Origin: a virus | Taxonomy: Duplodnaviria; Caudoviricetes | Direction: 5' to 3' (one strand) | Length of the DNA: 64,000 bases | Virus record (IMG/VR): IMGVR_UViG_3300016672_000090 | Span: 18,739-82,738 of that record | Shown: positions 38,492 through 47,117 of the stretch, piece after piece | How the letters are laid out: each line of letters starts with the position of its first letter | Numbering within the stretch: the first letter of the stretch is position 1 | Notes under the pieces: model-generated | The model's input: only the letters and a program-made list of their open reading frames with translations | Database searches by the model: none | What the model was told of the DNA's origin: nothing | Translations under genes and position numbers: made by a program

Positions 38492-38713
38492 TTAATTAGA
38501 CGCCAGCACCTGTACCGGCTCAGGACAACTAACCCGTGGGTCTTTGGGCCAAACCCCCTCACTGATCATCTTGCAGGTCCACTCATGATCCGCTACAGCC
38601 TGATCGTAATCGCTACCACCTAACCCGGCTACCAATAGCAGATAGAGAGCTGCCATGAGCAAACCCCCTAACCACATACCTATGCGGACCAACTTAAGCT
38701 GTTGTGCATTCAT
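38492..38713 (-). CDS. Small membrane protein
   Basis: N-terminal TM helix, two periplasmic-type Cys. Confidence 0.55.
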   Translation of the reverse strand: MNAQQLKLVRIGMWLGGLLMAALYLLLVAGLGGSDYDQAVADHEWTCKMISEGVWPKDPRVSCPEPVQVLASN

Positions 38714-38826
38714 CGCTCTATTCCTTTTCGAGTCAGTCATAACCTTTGACGAAAAGAACATTATCATTTGATTGTTTAAACAGCAAGCGATGCAACCTCC
38801 AAATTATGTATTTATGAGGATTTACC

Positions 38827-39309
38827 ATGTCAGAAGCACCGGCTGGAATGAAAATAATGGCATCCATAGGCGGGTTTGGCCCAGCAGGATCTATGCCTGT
38901 GACGCTCATGGCGTTCAAATCAAACGCACTCGGCACCATGACGGTTTTGAATCAAATTACGTATAGGGAGTTTCCAGACGAAGGTTTTGCGTTCGTAACC
39001 AACCTTCGGCTGAAAAACTACGATTGCCTGTTCAAAGAGGAACATTTGGCCGCTGCGATCACGGCGTACAAGGAAGCAGAAGGCATGGGCACCATTTTGC
39101 TGGCGGATGATGTCGCCAAGTGGCGCCCACGGATCGAGTCGGACGGCGTGGATACACAGGGGCAGAAGTATCGACTGCACGGCGATATCGGTAATGCTGA
39201 GGTGGCAGTGCTGGCGCTGGCGCACTTCATGTCACGCCAGCGCGGTATCGAGTCACTGACACAGATGAGTGACGATATCGCCCGCCTGTATCAAATCACC
39301 TCGATCTAG
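38827..39309 (+). CDS. Hypothetical protein (lone plus-strand gene)
   Basis: GAGGA RBS, 160 aa, AT-rich upstream region. Confidence 0.6.
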   Translation: MSEAPAGMKIMASIGGFGPAGSMPVTLMAFKSNALGTMTVLNQITYREFPDEGFAFVTNLRLKNYDCLFKEEHLAAAITAYKEAEGMGTILLADDVAKWRPRIESDGVDTQGQKYRLHGDIGNAEVAVLALAHFMSRQRGIESLTQMSDDIARLYQITSI

Positions 39310-40667
39310 TCACCAGCGGCGAATGGCTCGCCATAGGCATCAAAACCAGCGTCCTCCAGGGCGCTACGGCCCTTGTCGGTCAGCATGTAAAGCCCCTCAG
39401 CTGTATTGACCATCCCCAGAGCCAGCAATTGCGCCAGCGCATCCTGGTCCTTGATATCTGTCACGTCTGCCGCTGAAACAATGGCGATGTTCACCAGCTC
39501 AGATAGGCCAGAATCACCGAAGTCAGGGCTCACGCTATCGAGCATGGCAATAGCGGTGGTAAAGGATTTGGCCAGGCTGCGCTCAAGTGCTGCCTGATCC
39601 AAATTACCTTCGGCCTCATTGATCGGGGCATTCGTCTCTACAACGCTCAGCGCTTGTCTGAGCTGCTCGATAGCGCCAGCGGTGGCCAAGCTATCCATCA
39701 TCGTCGGATCAGCCAGGACAATCTCACGCGCAGCCACATAGGCGTCGGACATGATCAGCTCTGCGCCTTGCAGTTGCTCGACTGAATCCAGCAACGCGGC
39801 AGCAGCTAAGGTTTCGGCGCCTGGCGCGTTAGGAACAGCGCCAGCAATAAGAGCCCAAGCTGGGGGCAGTTCGCCATGCTCGTCGGTCGGTACAAGCTCA
39901 AACTGGTCGCGGTTGTAAAACAATCCATCTGCCCACTTCTTAGGGAAGCCATTCGGCTGCTTACCACCTATGCTGTCCAGCAGCGCAGCAGCGAGTGTCT
40001 GGCCTTCTGCGGTAAGCCAGTTTGCCCCATCATCGCGAGCCACAAGATTTGCTTTTAGCAGTTCGTCACGGCCCTGCTTGCTGATCAAGTCACCGTCCTC
40101 GACTGCACCAGCCTGCAACTGCACCAACACTTCTTTTGCGGCATCGTTCAGCTCAGCGGCGGGCGGCAAACTATCGACCATGATGCCAAGCTGCTGCTGT
40201 AAGTCCGCGACTGTAGCCTGGTGCTCAGCAATCTGAGCATCGAGCTGTGCAGCACGCTCGGCATAGACCGTTATCTGTTTTGGCGCCGGCGTGCTCATGC
40301 CCTTGGGTAAAGCAATGGCCTTCCGTGCCTGCGCTTTCTGGAATGCCCCCTGCGTTTTTTCCAGCAGCGCGGCAATTTCCGCCACAGCCTTGTCAGAGTC
40401 GGTCTGGTTCTTGAGTGGTTGCACAGAGCCGTTAAGCAGCACCTGAAAGATATCGCCGGTCGTATTCACGCGCAGCACCACCAGTTGGCCACTGGCTACG
40501 GTCAAAGAAGCCTCGCGGTAAGTAATGCCAGAAGTCCGGCGCGCAGTGGCATTGAACTCAGATGAAACCACGGGCTGACCCGCACGAATCATGAGTGTAC
40601 TGACCTTCTTAAGCGCCTTGGCAGCCGACTGGGCATTGGTGAAATCGAGCTTATTCGTTGCTGGCAT
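39306..40667 (-). CDS. Hdf/DarA_N-domain virion protein
   Basis: RRTSGITYREASL...SGQ.V.LRV..TGDIFQVLLNG resembles DarA_N/Hdf; five hydrophobic-DS motifs. Confidence 0.65.
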   Translation of the reverse strand: MPATNKLDFTNAQSAAKALKKVSTLMIRAGQPVVSSEFNATARRTSGITYREASLTVASGQLVVLRVNTTGDIFQVLLNGSVQPLKNQTDSDKAVAEIAALLEKTQGAFQKAQARKAIALPKGMSTPAPKQITVYAERAAQLDAQIAEHQATVADLQQQLGIMVDSLPPAAELNDAAKEVLVQLQAGAVEDGDLISKQGRDELLKANLVARDDGANWLTAEGQTLAAALLDSIGGKQPNGFPKKWADGLFYNRDQFELVPTDEHGELPPAWALIAGAVPNAPGAETLAAAALLDSVEQLQGAELIMSDAYVAAREIVLADPTMMDSLATAGAIEQLRQALSVVETNAPINEAEGNLDQAALERSLAKSFTTAIAMLDSVSPDFGDSGLSELVNIAIVSAADVTDIKDQDALAQLLALGMVNTAEGLYMLTDKGRSALEDAGFDAYGEPFAAGD

Positions 40668-40699
40668 GACTGCCCCCATGGATTGGATAACTGAGGGAT

Positions 40700-40741
40700 A
40701 TTGTGAGGGCTGGAAGTTGCCGGGCACTGGTGTGCTTTGCG
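40700..40741 (-). promoter_or_regulatory. Putative late promoter (Hdf-like)
   Basis: CGCAAAGC; CACAAT 30 nt after GCAAA. Confidence 0.7.
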
Positions 40742-40795
40742 CTGGAAATTGTAAAAGCCTTAATTAAGTGTAAAGCAACTCCATACACAAACTGC

Positions 40796-40824
40796 TTGCA
40801 TAGCGTAAAGCCTGTCTTTACATT
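40796..40824 (+). promoter_or_regulatory. higA promoter with palindromic operator
   Basis: TTGCAT-N17-TACATT; GTAAAG-N5-CTTTAC at 40805-40821. Confidence 0.55.
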
Positions 40825-40861
40825 ACGTGCCAGCTAACGACATTCGAAAGGAGAGCGGGAC

Positions 40862-41146
40862 ATGACCATTAACAATCCTCCCCATCCGGGCGAGGCGCTG
40901 CGTGAAGACGTGCTGCCAGAAATTAAAATGACTGTTACCGCACTGGCTAAACACCTCGGCTATTCCAGGGTGCAACTGTCAAATGTGCTGCACTGCCGCG
41001 CCTCGATTAGCGCGGACTTAGCTTGGCGCTTGGAGCTGTCTGGACTGGGCAAGGCGCATATGTGGCTTGCTCGACAGTCAGCCTATGACCTATGGCAGGC
41101 TCAGCACAAAGATGTACCGACGATCACCCGATTGCATGCGGCATAG
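40862..41146 (+). CDS. higA: HigA-family antitoxin (no adjacent toxin)
   Basis: PPHPGE.LRE...ALAKHLG.SRVQLS...ISAD.A.RL...W...Q..YDLW. Confidence 0.88.
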   Translation: MTINNPPHPGEALREDVLPEIKMTVTALAKHLGYSRVQLSNVLHCRASISADLAWRLELSGLGKAHMWLARQSAYDLWQAQHKDVPTITRLHAA

Positions 41147-41176
41147 CACTGGTATGGGCATACCACGGGGGAAAAG

Positions 41177-41499
41177 TTATCCCTCTGTAAGTTTAAAAGT
41201 TTTAAACAGTTTTATATCTATGTTTTGGCCATTGTGGATAAGTGCTACAGCCCGCGTCCCACATGGGTGGGACCACCATAATAACCCTGTGGATGGGTGG
41301 GTGAATTACAAAACCCGGTGGGTGAATTACAAAGAAAGGTGGGTGAATTACAGGCTTTGGTGGGTGAATTACAAGAAAACCGAGGTTAGGTGGGTGAATT
41401 ACAAGAAAACGATCCAAACCCGCGCTCTTTTCGACTTGAAGAGCACGCCAGACAAGGCTTATAGGGTTTTCTTTGACGAAATTTTGTAATTCACCCACC
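41177..41499. repeat. Plasmid replication origin: DnaA box, AT-rich tract, iterons
   Basis: GGTGGGTGAATTACA at 41296, 41317, 41338, 41359 (21-bp period) and 41389, inverted at 41485; TGTGGATAA DnaA box 41233-41241. Confidence 0.9.
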
Positions 41500-41543
41500 C
41501 GCGTACTGTTCACTTTTTACTTACCGCAGCATCGGGAGCGATC

Positions 41544-42572
41544 ATGCCAGTCAACAAGAGCCCAGCGGGACTTGCCAATCAACACAATCGGCGCCTTGAT
41601 GCCATCAAGAGCCGAAAGAAGCCAGATCGACAGGGCGACCTCCTAGGTGGCACAGAGCCGCAACCGAGTACGGCAAAAGCCCCCAAGGCCAAGCCGGCAT
41701 TAAAAACCAAAAAAGCCACAAGCAAGGAACCGCAGCAGCCTGATTTTTTCGTTCCGATGATCTACGACATTGGTACCCGCGATATCCGCAGCCTTATGGA
41801 TGTCGCTCCATTTCGCCTATCGAAAACCAAAAAACGCGAGAACGATGTTATTCGTTACGAACTGCCTGATGGCGAGGTTATCGTTTCTTCTGGCGTCTAC
41901 GGCATGGCTTCGGTGTTTGATTATGACCTGGTGCTGATGGCGACCTCTCACCTGACCGAAGCGATGAACCGCTTTCGAAAGGGAGACGGGGAAAAGCCAA
42001 TGCAAGTGTTTCGCCCGCACATAGGCGACGTGATCAAATTCACCAAAAAAACCGAAGGGGGCAATCAGCGCGCTGCTGTTGTTGGAGCCCTTGAGCGCCT
42101 GAGCACCACGCACGTCAAGATTCAGCGCAGTCGGATGATCAAAGACCGGATGGTTATCACTGACGAAGGCGAGAACCTGATAGGCCCTTATCGCACCCTG
42201 GCGAATGCCAAAAACGGCAATATCGAATACATCGAGTTCAAGGTAGCGGACTGGCTCTACAAGGAAATTACCGGGAGCGTGCAACCAGACATCCTTGCGG
42301 TACACCCGGATTACTTTGAGAGCGAATCGGGCTACATTCGGTTTATCTACCGGCTGGCGCGAAAGGCCGCTGGAAAGGATATGGCCACTTGGGGATTCGA
42401 TCTGATCTACCAGCGCAGCGGGAGCGATACCACGTTCAAGGAGTTCTCCAGGAGCCTGCGCAAGGTGATCAAAGAGAATGACGTACCGGAATATGATCTA
42501 TCCGAAGAGGCTGGCCAGCGCGGACCACAGCTGCGCATGGTTTATCGTAAGTCTCTTGATTACCTGAAATAA
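41544..42572 (+). CDS. repA: Plasmid replication initiator (RPA/RepA family)
   Basis: DFFVP, APFRLSK, G.AS..D.DL, YRLARKAAG; immediately downstream of iterons. Confidence 0.85.
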   Translation: MPVNKSPAGLANQHNRRLDAIKSRKKPDRQGDLLGGTEPQPSTAKAPKAKPALKTKKATSKEPQQPDFFVPMIYDIGTRDIRSLMDVAPFRLSKTKKRENDVIRYELPDGEVIVSSGVYGMASVFDYDLVLMATSHLTEAMNRFRKGDGEKPMQVFRPHIGDVIKFTKKTEGGNQRAAVVGALERLSTTHVKIQRSRMIKDRMVITDEGENLIGPYRTLANAKNGNIEYIEFKVADWLYKEITGSVQPDILAVHPDYFESESGYIRFIYRLARKAAGKDMATWGFDLIYQRSGSDTTFKEFSRSLRKVIKENDVPEYDLSEEAGQRGPQLRMVYRKSLDYLK

Positions 42573-42640
42573 CGGCTTACAAGGATGTTCTCTATCTCAC
42601 AGGGATGAACAGGGGTGTGTTCATATGGACGAACGAACCC

Positions 42641-43201
42641 CTACGATGGAATTGGCGGGCTTGTCTTTCCGTTCATGCTATCCGTGTGCGGATGTTGCTG
42701 AACGCTCACGCCATCACTGGTCATATCGCCGCCGGTCTGCGTTACAGCGCCCTTAATTGTTACCGCCCCTTCAATCGCTACAGCGGCTTTGACGCTCAAT
42801 GCGGCAGCTATCTCTGCGATTGACTCGGGAGTCAGCACAAGGGACGTACCACCTACGATCAGGGCGATTTTAGCGCCAGCATTGATCGTGAATTCCTCGT
42901 CGGCGTTGATTTCAAAGTTGTCATGGTTCCAGCGGCGCACACCCACCACGTTTCCCGAGTTTGGGTTGCGAAAACCTGTGATGAGTGGCCGGCGCGGATC
43001 ACCTGCAATGAACTCAATCCACACCCCGCGCCCCTCGACCAAACGAATCTCAGTGTTGCGCGAGTCATCACCAAGCGGGTACTCGATTTCAGCGATAGGC
43101 AGCTCACTGGCGCCATCGGTGAATGGCGGTATCTCTACGCGCACCTCTCGACGGTCACGGTCCACTAGGCGAATGAAACCGGGGTGCTTGTTACTGGGCA
43201 T
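42641..43201 (-). CDS. Baseplate central spike (gpV-like)
   Basis: OB-fold N-terminus, beta-helix, C-terminal HPH apex. Confidence 0.8.
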   Translation of the reverse strand: MPSNKHPGFIRLVDRDRREVRVEIPPFTDGASELPIAEIEYPLGDDSRNTEIRLVEGRGVWIEFIAGDPRRPLITGFRNPNSGNVVGVRRWNHDNFEINADEEFTINAGAKIALIVGGTSLVLTPESIAEIAAALSVKAAVAIEGAVTIKGAVTQTGGDMTSDGVSVQQHPHTDSMNGKTSPPIPS

Positions 43202-44090
43202 TGACGAGTTTCCCTAGCCATAGGCGGCTGCGGCTTTCCTGCGCCCCCTCGTTGTTTTCGAAGGCATGAGCGGCGGTAATAACCACAAGGTTCTCCCCGC
43301 CAACTCGCAGAACGTGACCAGCCTGGATCTGCTGGCATATTGTGCTATCCACGGTCTTGCTACGCACAAGCACACAACTTGCGTTCCTGAGCTGGCGCTG
43401 ATCCGCTCGGGGTATGAACGAAACGCGTCGAGCCTGGCCCATTTGCCCACGGATGATCGCAGCGTTGTCGTCTACAGAGTAATAAGACGGGATGTCCAGG
43501 AGTTGCAGAAACTCGCTTTCGATCTTGGCGCTACTGTCCACCTGGCCGATATCCGCTATGGGCGCCTGCTTGGCCATGTCGACCAAACGCATGGCCATGA
43601 TTCGGCCTTCCCTCAGCACCAGCGCCGCACCTTCCTCCTGTAGCGTCTGAGCCAGCGAGTAACTGGGCTCTCGACCTTTGAAACAGGTAAAACGCGGTAC
43701 AGCGAAGTCGCTGCCCACCGGCATGAAGGCACCGCAAGAGCGATATATTGCCCCAAGGGTTGTATCGGTCAGAACTACAGCGCTATTGAGTGGGCGGGCA
43801 ACAGAGGCGCAGCGGTGCAGCAATGCGGTCACTTTCATGGCCTGCTGCTGATCCTTTCCCTGTACCTGGCCAAGTGGCTGAGCGCGGTCAGTCTTGACGA
43901 TTTCAAACTGTAAGTTCTCGCGGCCAGACCATATCGAGGCCCCTACCTTGAGTTTCTCTTGCACGCCATCGATCAGCTTCACCGTGAACTCAACTGAGCG
44001 CGGAACAGGCGTTAAGTCAGAGCGGCCAATCCACTTGAGCACCACGTCAGTGGGAAGCATATCGCCCCCCTCACGCAGATAGACGTTCAC
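43191..44090 (-). CDS. Baseplate hub protein
   Basis: 299 aa directly upstream of the spike gene. Confidence 0.6.
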   Translation of the reverse strand: MNVYLREGGDMLPTDVVLKWIGRSDLTPVPRSVEFTVKLIDGVQEKLKVGASIWSGRENLQFEIVKTDRAQPLGQVQGKDQQQAMKVTALLHRCASVARPLNSAVVLTDTTLGAIYRSCGAFMPVGSDFAVPRFTCFKGREPSYSLAQTLQEEGAALVLREGRIMAMRLVDMAKQAPIADIGQVDSSAKIESEFLQLLDIPSYYSVDDNAAIIRGQMGQARRVSFIPRADQRQLRNASCVLVRSKTVDSTICQQIQAGHVLRVGGENLVVITAAHAFENNEGAQESRSRLWLGKLVNAQ

Positions 44091-44869
44091 CGTCCAGGGC
44101 CTACAACTTGCCCAACCGGGGTAGTCGCTTTTGTACCCAAAAGGCTGGTAGACGTACGGTCTAACGATTGAATGCTTGGGTAGCCTGGAGGAACCTTGTT
44201 TGATCCGTCATTAGGGGCGCCAGCGGCTGGCGCATCGAAGAACGGAATCGAACACTTGATTGTCAGGTCCGCTACCAGAATCTTGATGTTCTTAATGCCT
44301 TCCGGCTTGACCTCCATCCAGTCAATACGCACAGACTCCAGCGTCTGCGGCATAGGCACCTTGTACTGACCGAACTGGTAGATCGCATCGAAATAGCGGT
44401 TAGACGGTTCTTTGATGAAGGATGACAGCTGTGCGGCCAAGCTCTGGGCTGATCCACCCTCGCTGGCGATGATCACTATCTGTAGGCGACGATCTAGCAT
44501 GACGTGCTTGTAGCCGTACCATGATCCAGCTTCCTCAATCTGCTGCATGGTGCGGCCAATGTGGTCACCGCCCCAATCTGCTCCAGTACCAGCCACGCTT
44601 TCATCCATGGCGAAGAGCAGCACCGGGAACAGCGTTGTTTTACCGTCCTCTCCGTTCTTGTTCTTCTGATACGCCGCAAGCATGGCCTCTGCATCGTCCA
44701 CCATGCGCGAAGACGCAACCTTAACCGCCTCACTGAACGGCTTGGCCATGAAAGACTGCACAGCTTTGGTGTCTGCGTAGTCCTCGTAAAGCCCACCACG
44801 CCAGCGCTGCAAGTACTGGGCAAAACCTTCCTTGATCTGGTCAAAACTGCCATTCAAAGGCTTGTTCAT
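44087..44869 (-). CDS. Putative tail completion protein
   Basis: 260 aa, position in tail/baseplate block. Confidence 0.5.
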   Translation of the reverse strand: MNKPLNGSFDQIKEGFAQYLQRWRGGLYEDYADTKAVQSFMAKPFSEAVKVASSRMVDDAEAMLAAYQKNKNGEDGKTTLFPVLLFAMDESVAGTGADWGGDHIGRTMQQIEEAGSWYGYKHVMLDRRLQIVIIASEGGSAQSLAAQLSSFIKEPSNRYFDAIYQFGQYKVPMPQTLESVRIDWMEVKPEGIKNIKILVADLTIKCSIPFFDAPAAGAPNDGSNKVPPGYPSIQSLDRTSTSLLGTKATTPVGQVVGPGR

Positions 44870-44923
44870 AAAGCACCTCGACACTTCGCCCGGCGTACCC
44901 GGACAAAGTATCCCTATACATAT

Positions 44924-45406
44924 TTAGGCCAAATTTAAGAGCGACAAGGGTTTGCCAGCCGTCACCGTTGGGGCCGGGAGCATCCAAAGGTGCTGCGGCG
45001 TGACGCGCCCTGTAATTTCAGGACGGATCAGCGGCGAGCCACCTTTCGCAAACGCCCACGCGACAAACTCTGAACAGAAGAATCGGGCCTTGCTGTCGAA
45101 GCGTTCGGAGTGAATCAAGATCCCGAACAGGGCCAGGTAATCATAGCCAGCCCCCACCATGCTCAAGGCTGCCTGTTTGACCGCCTGCGCATCCGAACAA
45201 GGGATATTGACCATGGCTGCGTAGCTGGACTTCTCCAGACGTTCCTTAAGCGGCGTAATGCTTACACCGCCAAGCATGTTGGCGCCTATTACCTGATCAT
45301 CGATCACAATTTCAACGTGACTGAATGCGGACCAGGTAACGCCCCGGATAAGCAAACTGCCGATCATGCGCCGGCGGGTGAATAGGATCTTTACCGATTG
45401 CATCAT
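44924..45406 (-). CDS. Permuted papain-like (YiiX/YaeF-type) amidase
   Basis: FSHVEIV (His) precedes YDY...FFCSEFVAWAF (Cys). Confidence 0.75.
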   Translation of the reverse strand: MMQSVKILFTRRRMIGSLLIRGVTWSAFSHVEIVIDDQVIGANMLGGVSITPLKERLEKSSYAAMVNIPCSDAQAVKQAALSMVGAGYDYLALFGILIHSERFDSKARFFCSEFVAWAFAKGGSPLIRPEITGRVTPQHLWMLPAPTVTAGKPLSLLNLA

Positions 45407-46221
45407 GGGGTGACTTCCTCAGCGGGCTCAGGCTCTACAGGAGGGATTATCTCAGGCTCTAAGACCGGGGTTGATGCCCACTCTGCATAGGATTTAGGCC
45501 AGCCGGTGGTGTAGTCGTAAGCAGCAGGATCAGTTGCGGTTCGCATGGCGGCATTATGCTGCTCGGCCAAGGCAAAGAGCGCTATGTCAGAGCGTGTTAT
45601 CGCCGCCACCACGTCGAAGGCAAGCTGGGCAGTTACCGGCAAGAAAGCACCGTCAAGCATTTTCCAAACAATAGCCTGACCTTCGCTGTCGATTAGAGCG
45701 TCCGCCATGGAGCGCCCAGCTCCCAGCGCATCGCGGGCATTGTCTTTTAGGCCCAGCCACTGGCTACGGCTGAACACATCAGAATGGACCCACTGAGAAC
45801 CGACCATGATTCCCGCGACAGAACGCCGGTCGCGCTCATCTTTGATAAGGGCCCAAGATCCAGCCTCATTTTTAGCACGAAGCTCGGCCACCAACTGAGG
45901 GCTGACTTGCCACTGCCCGCTAATCCAGGCGTGTACTGACGAGGGAGGCGGATAAGGCGTGAAGTAGGACGGTAGACTCCCCAGATCCTTGAAGTCATGG
46001 GGCTCACCGGTTTCCGTGCTGTAGACCGTACCTCGATTATCGGCCAGCTCAACCGGAGAGCCATGGACCAGCGCCCACACAAAACCATCTGACGGGGTTG
46101 CAAGCTCTTCCACCAAAGAGATAGCGTTATCAGGCATCTGCACACCGATACCAGGCACTACAGGCAGAGCAACCGGGCCGAAAAGAACGCCAGCCAGATC
46201 GAACAAATAAATTACAGACAT
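45403..46221 (-). CDS. Tail fibre assembly protein (DUF4376-like C-terminus)
   Basis: DNRGTVYST.TG...LG, W..IK.ERDRR...G; follows the fibres. Confidence 0.72.
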   Translation of the reverse strand: MSVIYLFDLAGVLFGPVALPVVPGIGVQMPDNAISLVEELATPSDGFVWALVHGSPVELADNRGTVYSTETGEPHDFKDLGSLPSYFTPYPPPSSVHAWISGQWQVSPQLVAELRAKNEAGSWALIKDERDRRSVAGIMVGSQWVHSDVFSRSQWLGLKDNARDALGAGRSMADALIDSEGQAIVWKMLDGAFLPVTAQLAFDVVAAITRSDIALFALAEQHNAAMRTATDPAAYDYTTGWPKSYAEWASTPVLEPEIIPPVEPEPAEEVTP

Positions 46222-46228
46222 AGACACC

Positions 46229-47077
46229 TCAGATAACCTTGATTCGACCGGGGTAGGCAATGTTTCGAGCGCGCGTTTCAGTAGATTTTTTACCGGTGAG
46301 CATCCCGCCAGTTGATAAGCCATAGACAGGGGCTGGGATTCCGCCACCATCTAAAGTGTTGTTGCCCCCAGTACCAGCACTCGACCCGTGCGTATGGTCT
46401 TCGGTCGAAAAGTCCTGCCAGCTACCAGCTACGCGCCCCGCATCTACTCCAGCGCGCCCCTCACTGAGAACCCGCATGTGCTCCCCGCGCGCCTCTGGAC
46501 ACCTTAGCGTCGAAAATCCATCGCCATCAGTCCAGCACCCTTCTAATCCTGCGCGCAGTACTTCGGTTGTAAGCATCCCGGAGGCTTGCGCGTGATCCCA
46601 TAACCATGGCCAATCACCACGGTTACAGAAGAGCCCATTGTGACCAGCCCAGCCGCCCGGCTGAAACGCTGTTGTAGTTTCAAGTACAGGGCGGCCAAGG
46701 GGCGTAGTGTCCAAGCGATGCAGTACGCGCCATTTGCCATTGCCATCGCTTCGCAAGTGCCAGAAGTCGCCGGCGCCCATCAGGACAAAGAACGGATAGC
46801 CCTCGGCGCGCAAGTGAGTATGAAACTGTATCTTTTCACCGCTAGACGCTTGAACCACCAGACGGTTGCCGCTGTTGTCGACGCGCTGCACCCGGACATC
46901 CATTGAACGGTTTGCAGGTGGCAACGTGATCTGAAAACCGGCGGCTGTAGCATCCAGCAGAAGAAAGCCCGTCTCAGCGCTGGTGAGTACCTTGGTGGCG
47001 GTGATCGGGGCGTTGTTCATCCCGCGCATGGCGAGCATGCCGCTTTCGATATCGGCTATATCATCGGCACGACTCAT
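46229..47077 (-). CDS. Short second tail fibre protein
   Basis: FHTHLRAEGYPFFVLMG.GD.WHLRSDG, WPWLWDHAQ.SG, collar-type RGE..R. Confidence 0.7.
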   Translation of the reverse strand: MSRADDIADIESGMLAMRGMNNAPITATKVLTSAETGFLLLDATAAGFQITLPPANRSMDVRVQRVDNSGNRLVVQASSGEKIQFHTHLRAEGYPFFVLMGAGDFWHLRSDGNGKWRVLHRLDTTPLGRPVLETTTAFQPGGWAGHNGLFCNRGDWPWLWDHAQASGMLTTEVLRAGLEGCWTDGDGFSTLRCPEARGEHMRVLSEGRAGVDAGRVAGSWQDFSTEDHTHGSSAGTGGNNTLDGGGIPAPVYGLSTGGMLTGKKSTETRARNIAYPGRIKVI

Positions 47078-47117
47078 TGGTAAGCTCCATTGGGTTCAAA
47101 ACGATTGAATGGGCGCA

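Noticed and set aside
40741-40861. HigB toxin upstream of higA
   Set aside because: Only about 120 bp of promoter DNA; no ORF
41296-41403. Possible CRISPR array (15-bp repeats)
   Set aside because: Spacers are only 6-15 bp at a 21-bp period beside repA and a DnaA box: these are iterons
44915-44958. Thirteenth late promoter (GGCAAACC at 44951)
   Set aside because: The hexamer 30 nt after GCAAA is TGTATA and does not fit NANNNT; ambiguous
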